NCBI GenBank assembly: GCA_973895155.1
Contig: OZ316891.1
Span: forward strand, 1,479,324 to 1,543,323
Direction: 5' to 3'
Source: Marsupella aquatica
Lineage: Eukaryota; Plantae; Marchantiophyta
Length of the DNA stretch: 64,000 bases
Shown: positions 22,580 to 32,288 of the stretch, one piece after another
Position numbering within the stretch: the first letter of the stretch is position 1
How the letters are laid out: each line of letters starts with the position of its first letter
Notes under the pieces: model-generated
What the model was told of the DNA's origin: nothing
Seen by the model: only the letters and a program-made list of their open reading frames with translations
Databases searched by the model: none
Made by a program: the position numbers and the translations under genes

Positions 22580-25500
22580 ATGGAACAGAGTGACACAGAG
22601 ATGTGTGAGTATGAAAGGAAAGCTATGGAACACCGAGCATACGTGAAAGCCAAAATCGCAGAACTGGATCTGGAAAAGGATGTGGCTGAATTGTAAGGGA
22701 ACGATTCTCAACTACACCCCTCCGCTGAGTTTGTGTGACATGAATAGTTCAATGTGGCACTGAAATTGTGACTATATTCTCATATTGGAATGTCGTAGAG
22801 CCACAGCATTTTCAAAGAAACAAAAGGAGTACCCAAGAAGGGTGACCAGCACTATCTCTGGGCCTGTGCGTCGGAGTGACAGGTTGAGCAAGAAGGTCGT
22901 ACCTACAATGGCAGAATGTGGAGATGACATTGATGCTGCACAGGTGGGTGCAGACACTAGACAAGAAGATGCAGATGATGAGTATTTTCCAGAGGAAATG
23001 GATGAGGATGGGGGTTATGAAGATGAATACATTGCAGAGCAGCCCCAAAAGAAACAGGTAAGTAGTTTTCCCAACAAGGTTTTGAGTTAAAAACTCTTGT
23101 TTAGAGGTTTCATATGTTCAGTACTACACATATGTACCTTGCTTAGTTCCTGACATTGTAATTGGTGATGTGATGCAGCGTCCTGCCAGTTCTGTTTTGC
23201 CTTCGAAGCCTGTGCATGCACCATACCAGCAGGGGGGGCTGACCTCTGATCAAGGTTGGCAAGGTGGTAGTAGTGGTAGATCCCAGGCTGGTGCCCAATA
23301 CTATGGCAGGGGGCAAGCTCTAGGTTATGCCCGTGGTAGAGGCTGAGCAGGTCCAAACCCACAATCTCGTGGGTATGGACGTCCACCTCAACCATGGGGA
23401 TGTGAGTATATATCTATATGCTAGTTCTTTGTGAAGGCATGGCACTCCTGAATTTCAGACTGCATATCAATTTTTGACATTGTTTGGTATGTATTGGATT
23501 CAGACAACATGAAATTCTGTCCACCTGCCATTGCATGCAGATTCTGCCCAACCTGATTGGGCAAATGCTAGTAATGATCAGTTCCAATGTCCACAAGGAC
23601 AGACATGGGTTGAACCAGGTTGGGAGGATGGTGGTGGGTCGTGGAATGAACAAGGTTGGGAAGGTGGTGAAGGTAATTGGCAGGGATATCAAAATACAAT
23701 ACCTACAAACGCTGGAAGAGGGGCAGGTAATGTCTGATCTTGTCAGCAATGGAAGAACTCATTATATCTGGAGTCCATTCACGTGGGGGGGGACTCTGCA
23801 CATGTATAATGATAGAAAATGTATGTGTGCAGGTTGGACAATCGAACCATCGACTCAAGTATTCACTAATGCCCCTATGCAGATGCAGCACGGAAGGGGG
23901 ACAGGTATGTTGGTGAATGTTCAGTTGTTTTCCTACAGTTTGTACTTAGTTTTCAGTACATATGTTTGCACACACATACCTAGAAAGTGACATCATCCGG
24001 CCCCTGTACTAGGCTGGACAGGTGGTCCAAGGTCGCAACAATTTCAGAGTGCAGTCCTTGCACATGCATCTACAGGCAGAGCTACAGGTATGTATGTTTG
24101 AAGAATTTTTCTTGAAGTGAAGCATTGAATGTTGCCGTCATCCATTCTGCTATATGTAGTTCTCAAGCATGAATGGCATTGTATTTTCCCAGGTGGCTTC
24201 AGAACCCCAGGTAGGGTGAATGAAGGGGTGGCCAATACAACGCCCAGTACTACCGAGAGAAGTGCACGAGGGGAGGTGACAAAGAAAGGGAACGTAAAGT
24301 TGAATGAGAGACAATGGGTGGATGCTGAGTGTCCTCGCAAGAACCGATGGCATGCTGATTTGAAAGCTGAAGTATTGCGTTGGTTAGATGTGAGTGTTAT
24401 TAATTTTAAAAAACAGCATCCAAAAGATTGGAAGATTGTATGTGAAAATGTTGCTGCCAAATGGAATTATGTGGGCAGTGATGATGGCGTGGACATAGGT
24501 TGCCTAGAGAGTACAGCAGGTAAAATCATCAAGCAAGAGAGGTGGAGAATGCATAAGGCTTGGAAGGAAGGTGGGGAGAAGCCAGATATGCCTCCACCAG
24601 CCAGTTGTGATGATAAAGTGTGGGCAAGGTTAGTAGCTTATTTTGTAACAGATGCTTCAAAAAAGAAGAGTTCACAGATGACCGAGGCCAGGTTGAGTGT
24701 TCAGAACCCTAATCTGACAGGAAGGACCGGCACTGCACCGACAGCTAAACGTTTGGTAAGAATGAATGGCCTAGCTAAGTAATTTATGCTACACTATGTA
24801 CTGTTTTTTAGTGTAAACCCATACATGTAAACTTTGTTTTTAAGTGTACGTTCCTTGAATATTGATCGATAACTTGTGTTTGCCATGCATGTGCAGAAAG
24901 CCCAATTGGGGCAAAGCCCTTCAAAAGAAGAGTTGAGGGCTGAAATTGTGAACACCCAGGCTCAAGAGGGTGCATCTGAATCCTCCAAGCATGTAAGTTA
25001 TATGAGTTCTGATTGGTAATTGAATGACCTACGTTGAATTTCAGGTGTACACTGTATATAACATTGATTGTGCATATATTGCCCAACATTTCATATGGAG
25101 TGATTGAACCTATACCCCTGTGTCATGTAGGGAGGTGGATCTTCACTTACAGAGATAAGTGGTCGTTTGAAGGCTGTCGAAACATGTCTTCCAGAGATCA
25201 ATGAACGTTTGAATTCATTGACTGACTTGTTCCATGTGAACTTCAAGACATTAATGGAAGCTGTTGTGTCGGTGAGAGATAAAATTGATTCCAATTCTGC
25301 AGGAGTTCCACCATCACCACTTGAGGTGGCAAAGTCGATGCACTCTTCTGGCATGGCAACGACATGTAGGCTTGAAGGTAAGGCCTTTACAACTGTGTGG
25401 GATATGATTATTAAATGTATAGTTTGAATTGACATTGTTTGTTGAATGTGTTATTTTTAGTAACATATATTGTGGTTGTTGTGTCCATAGAGAATAAGAC

Positions 25501-26287
25501 AGGTGCTACAGAGAAGAAGTATGAGAACCTGGCAAATACTCGCTATAATTTAGAGGCAACAAAGTTGCAGTCTGTACAAGCAACTTGTTTGACAGAGGGC
25601 AGTCAACCATGTTTGGATGAGGATGACATTGGCAAGGGAGTGGATGATATCAATGTTGGGGCAAATGAGGATATCAGCAAGCATGACAATGATACCATTG
25701 AGCCAGATTCATGCTATGTAGATCTTGACTCCATTGCAGAGATAAATGATTTGCAGAATGTATCATTCTCAATGACAGGTGTGCCTCTTGTTGAGATAAA
25801 TCCAACCAAAGAGTTAGTTGGTATGACACTCCCAGGTGATGAACCTGCTACTGTGACAGTCCTAACAGAGGAACCTACTGAGCCTAGCTTCACTACTGTG
25901 AAGAGAGGAAGCATGCGCACACGAAGCAAGTCTGCTGGTGGGAGCAGAGCCATGTCAAAGGTTTCATACAAACCTCCAAGAACGGTGCTGGCAGAAAGAT
26001 CTAAGGTGGAAGTGGGGAAAGCACCTAATGCTGAGGGACAAAGTGGCTTGTTAGCTCTTGATGAGAGTGGAACACGAGTAGGATTTGGCAGAGTGCAGGT
26101 TGGTTCCACAACGTTCCATGGCAAGAGGATTCCCCCAGGTTATTCAGTAGTGTTAGTCACATTACTAGTGAAACCTAAAGCTGTCCTTCCCATTCCAAAC
26201 ACAAATGATGATCCTCCTCAAAAGACACTTGGAGATGCTGCAGGTTCTTTGGTATTATGGCCAAGCAAGTTCATAGAGGATCCATAA
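22580..26287 (+). pseudogene. Multi-exon CACTA TnpA-like gene (GW-rich low-complexity region, Transposase_24-like core, C-terminal Transposase_23/DUF8039-like domain); in-frame TGA at 23344
   Basis: Phase-consistent GT-AG exons include 23179-23401, 23541-23726, 23833-23904, 24013-24087, 24193-24755 and 24898-24992. Motifs WARLVAYF..KKKSSQMTEAR..NLTGRTG, LGQSPS and C-terminal FHGKRIPPGYSVV...LPIP..TLGDAAGSLVLWP. Confidence 0.75.
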
Positions 26288-26784
26288 CAATGTCATGCCA
26301 TTATTTGTTTGTAGTGTGAGTCATGTTATGTAGATTTTAGATGTCAAGAAGCAATACAAGAATCATGTCCTCTTGGAGATTCATAGTATCATGCATGTGC
26401 TTTCAGTTATCTCATCCTGCAGTCATCAATTATGAGTTCCTGTTTTGTCTGAATTACATTGATCACATTGTAAACTATTCCATTGGAATTCAAATGATCT
26501 TCATTTTTTAGCAAGATTGTGATTGTGTTTAATTCTTATGAATGTTTTATGTAGGATCTGCTTATATGATGCTTTGTTTCATGTGGATGTCATTCATGCT
26601 ATGTTCATTTCTTGTATTCAATGTGTTATATTTCTAAAGTTAGAACATCAGGTTTCTATGTATTGTAATGTCGAGTGCTCTCTCTCCTTATGAACTGTCC
26701 CTCTGTGTTCATTAGTCATGGTTATAACTTGCATGTGAACCTTATTAGTTATAAACATGAGTATATAGAGTCCCAAATGGTTCT

Positions 26785-27110
26785 GTTGTGTGACGCGGGC
26801 CAGGGTCTCCATTGGTCTCTCCTGTGACACTAAATGGTCACACGCTAGTCGTTGTTGAATGCGGGTAAGTCATGCATGTGACTTACGATGTGACTCGCTG
26901 AAGTCATATTGCAGTCACGTCGAAACAAGGCTAGACTCCACAATAAAGTCACAGATCAGTCACAAATGGGTATCAAGCAAGTTGCAAAGCCCAGTATCAA
27001 TAGTGACTACCATTTTTTGGTCTCAACTTTTGCAACTCCAAGGGTCACAGCGTGGGTCAAGTCACGTTGAGTCACAATGAAGTCACATGAGCCAAAATGA
27101 GTCACATATT
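26785..27110. repeat. CACTA 3' subterminal repeats (GTCAC/GTGAC core in both orientations), putative TnpA binding sites
   Basis: More than a dozen GTCAC/GTGAC cores within about 330 bp of the 3' TIR; a few related motifs occur just inside the 5' TIR. Confidence 0.75.
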
Positions 27111-29157
27111 GCGGTCTCAGTTCACCTCGGATTCTTCTAGTGTACAAAGGGTGGTTGACGAGCTCCATTTTGTCCTTCGCCCATATATGGGCCAACAGCA
27201 AGATTCCCAACCCTATGATGGGTAATGAAAATAACTAACTGCAAAGGCTTGATGTTGGGGCAGGAAGTCAGAAGGCTCATTCTTCAGAATGGTTGGGACT
27301 CACAGTCCTTCGACTTGCCATGCACAAGTCATGTTTGACACAGAAATTCTAACACAACAGGTATCACAGAGACAGGTTAGTTAGCAATTGGAGCAAGCTA
27401 GGCAGACCACAATTGGTGGGACTATTCTTTGCCCAATTCCGAAAGGTTGAAGCATAGAGTTTTGGTTGGGAAGGCTAGGATGATCTTGTTATGAGGTAAC
27501 TAGTCCTAGACCAGACTAGGAGGTTACCTTTACCATGGTTACCTCAAGACACTATATATACACCCGGTTGATCCCCAACCGAGTGATTCATTCATTCATA
27601 CATTCATTCAATCTCTCTCCCTCTCCAACTATGTATGAATCCTATATCACAACACGTTATCAGCACGACTCTCGGAGGCTGAGCACTTGAATTTTTTTTA
27701 GGGATTCGACAAGTGACAAAAATTAGACACTTGAGGGAATCCCAAGACAAAATCCCTTCAAGGAAACCTTCATTTGAGAGTCCATGTCAACCTGGCGTTG
27801 GAAATTGATGGAGTATCCTCTAAGAGAAACTGACTCCCAAGAAATTAGAAGAAACAAAATCAGAAGGAGAGGCTGATCAGACAAAGAGTTGAACCAATGG
27901 ATTGACCCTTATGGGATCATTAATAAAAGCTTTAGAGGAATTGAGTCTGAAATGCAAGATTGAAAGTACGAAGCATGATTTATGGAAGGAGGAGAAGAAA
28001 CACTGTAGCGCAAAGTCCATAGAGAAACCAGGATAAAGCTTGGGCTGGAGTCAATCAATCCAATCAAAGAGACCTGATTGAATAGAGGCAGAGCACAATC
28101 TACAAAATTTCAATCAAGGTGAGATCTGAAAAGGCACCACACCCTATAGAGAACGAATGTTGCATTAGGGCTCAACAACCGGAGGGTGAAAAGGACTAAA
28201 GGAAATTTGAGGGATGGAAACCTCATGAGAAGACAACATAGTGATCACGGACGCAACCGCGAAGCCATGCAAAAGGGGGAGAATCGATGCACAAGCCCAA
28301 AACGGCAAAATTTGGACCAGGCTTTTCGAGAAACCATCGACAAAACTTGATAAGTGCAAAACCCCCATACTTGCAACTCATTATAAAGAGTATTTTTACT
28401 TACAAAAGAATGAGATCACTTAAAGCATCTTTTTCAAAGCTTTTAAATCACTTTAAGATACATGTGTCATCCTTAACATAAACCTAAATCACAAGCTTAC
28501 ACTCTCATTTTACAAATGTGAATACTGTGCCTTTACACAACACATTGAATACATATAACATGGTTATTACACCATTAAAATCACTTTCCACCATAGGGGG
28601 AGGAAAGCACATTGTACCCACAACTATCTCCCACCTCCAAATGTCATTTTGGTTCATTCACCTTCTAGTACCATTTGAACTTATACACCTTCTGGTATCA
28701 TTTGATCTCATAAGATCCAAACGGACTCAGATAAGGGACTTTCTATGACTAACAAAGGTATGTAGAGGTTAACTCAGTCTTGGGTTGAACTATGGTTAGT
28801 ATGTTAACTAGGGTTAGAGTAAACCCTAGTTGAAGAGTTGGTCCTTATCTCTTTAACTTCTATGTGGTGTGAGAACACACAAGAGAGTTCTCAAGAGAGA
28901 ACACAGTGATATATATAGCATGAGATGAGAGCTTGAAGAGATGGGAGCTATGGTGATGCTTGAGTAGACACATAACTGTTAATAAAGCTTGGTCTTCCCG
29001 TGGACATAGCCAACCTTGAGGCAAACCACGTAACTATTGAACACGTGTATGTTTGGAGTGTATTTCCTGATCTGATTTCTCCCCACAAGGTAAAGGTAGA
29101 GATGATTTGATAATGGGCAAAGCCCCTAATCTCATCTATACATGAGTTAATGAGGAG

Positions 29158-31370
29158 CTGAGCGACTCAACCGCACATTGTTGGAGCGAGCAAAGAGCAT
29201 GTTGAGCCACTCTAAATTGCCACAAATCTTTTGGGCGGAAGCTGTCAACATAGCTGCTTATCTCGTAAATCTCTCTCCTACTCGAGCAATTACTTACAAA
29301 ACCCCCTTTGAGCTATGGCACAATCGACCTGCTGATTATTCAAAGCTTAAGGTTTTTGGCTGTGAAGCATATGCACATGTTCCTAGCAACAATAGGACTA
29401 AGCTAGATCCTAGAGCCCAGAAATGCATTTTTCTTGGTTATCAGCGTGACGTTAAAGGATATCGATTGTGGGATCCAGTTGATTGCAAGTTACTTGTTAG
29501 TCGGGATGTATCCTTCAATGAAGACAAATCATTGAAGGAGGGGGAGATAGATCAATTCCCTACTACTAACAAAGTGCAATCTCCTCCTCTAGAGGATTTA
29601 AGAAGAGAGGATGTGTCAAAGGAAGAATATGTTGACACTACTATAAGGCAAAACACACTACAATCAGATCAGCCAGAGTCTTCAGTGCGAAGAGGAACTT
29701 GTAAACGTCAAGCCCGGGAAAGGTATGGAACTTGGCTTCCTTCTGATCAAGTGGATTTGGATGAAGAATCTATTGATGTATTGGTGACAGAAGATGGAGA
29801 TCCATCCTCATTTCGAGAGGTCCTAGCTTCTATGGAGAAGCAACAATAGCAGGCGGTGATGCGCATGGAAATGAAATCACTTCATGATAACAAGACTTGG
29901 GAACTCACAAGTCTACCTAGTGACAAGCAGACTGTTGACAGCAAGTGGGTGTATAGGAAGAAAGATGGACCCACGGAGGATGCTGAGAAGATATTTAAGG
30001 TTCGGTTGGTAGCCAAGGGTTTTACTCAACAGAAAGGTATAGACTACAATGAGGTTTTTTCACTCGTAGCAAAGTATTCAACAATACGTTTGCTATGTGC
30101 TCTTGTAGTTTTATTTGATCTGGTTTTAGATCAAATGGATGTTGTCACGACATTCTTATATGGATCGTTGGATGAGGTGATTTACATGAGGCAACCAGAG
30201 GGTTTTGTGCAAAAGGGCAAGGAAAATTTGGTATGCAGGTTGCTAAAATCCTTGTATGGATTAAAGCAGAGTCCAAGGCAGTGGAACAAGCGTTTTGATG
30301 AATTTTTGAAATCGCTTGGATTTGTGCGAAGCGTGTACGATCCATGTGTTTACATCAGGCGTGTGAACAACACAGGTTTTAAGCTTGTCATCCTTGTACT
30401 TTATGTGGATGACATGCTCATTGCAGCACAGGATAGGGGCGAAGTTGATAAGCTTAAGTCCCAACTCAGTTTTGAGTTTAAGATGAAGGATTTGGGCACA
30501 GCCAAGAGGATCCTAGGCATGGAGATTGTCAGGGATATTAACAAAGCCAAACTTTGGCTGACGCAAAAAAGATATGCAGAGAAGGTACTCTCAAAATTCA
30601 ACATGGCAGATGCTAAGGCTGTGAGTGTTCCTTTGGCAAGGCATTTCAATATTTCTGCAGCATTTTGTCCATCGGATGCTACAGAAAAAAGTTTGATGTC
30701 CAAAGTTCCTTATGAAAGTGCTGTGGGTAGTTTAATGTATCTCATGGTATGCACCCGACCAAACATAGCTTATGCTATTAGCAAGGTAAGCAGATACATG
30801 GCAAATCTAGGAAAAGTTCATTGGGAAGCAGTGAAATGGATTTTGCGCTACATCAGAGGTTCTACTAAGAAGGGTTTATTGTTTGATGCAAGTTCAAACA
30901 ATATGAAAGGTCTTCAAGGTTATGTGGATGCAGACTACGCAGGTGATCTGGATAAGAGGAGATCGACAACTGGATATGTATTTACACTTGCTGGTGGATG
31001 CATTAGTTGGAAGTCTACTCTCCAAAAGTGTGTTGCAAAGTCTACTATGGATGCCGAGTATGTAGCAGCAGCAGAAGCAGCGTCAGAGACCATTTGGTTG
31101 AAAAAGCTTGTCACGGAGATGGGTTTATCACAAGAGTGTGTATATCTTCATTGTGACAGTCAAAGTGCAATTTACACTGCCAAGAATCAGGTGATGGATG
31201 GCAGGGTAAAGCACATTGATGTCCGCTATCATTTCATCCGACAAGCATTATCGGATGATGAATTTGAGCTTGTCAAGATTGATGGAAAGCTTAATCCAGC
31301 GGATGCTTTTACCAAAGTATTAGACTCCAATAGTTTTTCAAGGCATTGTAATTATTTACAAATATTGTAA
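29158..31370 (+). pseudogene. Copia pol fragment: integrase C-terminal part, reverse transcriptase and RNase H, with in-frame TAG at 29847-29849
   Basis: AERLNRTLLERAKSML, KLDPRAQKCIFLGY, RLVAKGFTQ, LLKSLYGLKQSPRQW, LYVDDML, GYVDADYAGD, KHIDVRYHFIR, NPADAFTK. Confidence 0.96.
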
Positions 31371-31650
31371 ATATAGAGTTAACCAAGAAAATGTCTCTAT
31401 ATGAGTATTCCATCCGATGGCTTATCGGCTACGGCTTAGTTCTAGTTAACCCTTGCATTAGGGGGAGGGTCTTTTGGCCCTACTGTCTTGAACTTCCCGC
31501 GGAGGAACGTGTAAGGAAAAGACAATGTTATGAACTCTCCCAAGACGTGAGTCAAGGGGGAGTTTGTAGAGGTTAACTCAGTCTTGGGTTGAACTATGGT
31601 TAGTATGTTAACTAGGGTTAGAGTAAACCCTAGTTGAAGAGTTGGTCCTT

Positions 31651-32288
31651 GGCCTCATTCACAATTGGGTGTACCTCATAGGAATCACTTTCAGGACTCA
31701 AAAACATGCTTTTTTAGTGAAAAATGACTTTCGTAACATGAAAAAAGCTTCATCATGATTTTATCTCAAGACATTTAAGTCTAATTTTTTCACAAGACTA
31801 TTTTACATGGTGTAACCTACCTCACCATGTAGATACATCAAGTTTTTAACTTTTTTAAGGGATCCTATTATTGATGGCCCTAAATAAGCCAAAATTATTG
31901 ATTATTTTTGTCCTGTACATAAAGGTTTAGTGTGTGTCAATATTTGAGTTTTAAAATATAAGATTATTCTATTAGTATGCATGCCTTGGTAAAATTTCAT
32001 TGTCTAAAATGCAAGTTTTAGAGTCCTTTCGAGTCCTGAAATGATGTGACTTATTGCGTGACAAGTCCTTTTATCGATCTTTGAAGGACATATAAGGAAA
32101 GCTTCAAAGTCTCAAATGCTAGATAGTTTAATTAATGTTACCAACCTACAGGATGTTTATTAAGTATAGTACATCAAATTTTGCATATCATCTCATTACA
32201 CCTTACAAATGATGTCCTAAAGCATAATAAACTATGGTCACTTCTGAGTGTGACGTTCCTTTTGGGTCCTCCAATTGTGAATGAGGCC
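31651..32288. mobile_element. 638-bp AT-rich non-autonomous TIR element (MITE) inserted in the second Copia LTR
   Basis: Perfect 18-bp TIR GGCCTCATTCACAATTGG / CCAATTGTGAATGAGGCC. Comparison with the uninterrupted LTR gives a 4-bp TSD CCTT. Confidence 0.93.

Larger units (their letters stand above)
9971..27142 (+). mobile_element. Full-length CACTA (En/Spm) DNA transposon, 17172 bp, with accessory genes
   Basis: 5' end CACTAGAAGAAAACG and 3' end CGGATTCTTCTAGTG (11-bp perfect TIR, 13/15 match). 3-bp TSD TAC at 9968-9970 and 27143-27145. Contains TnpD and TnpA-like genes and subterminal repeats. Confidence 0.95.
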
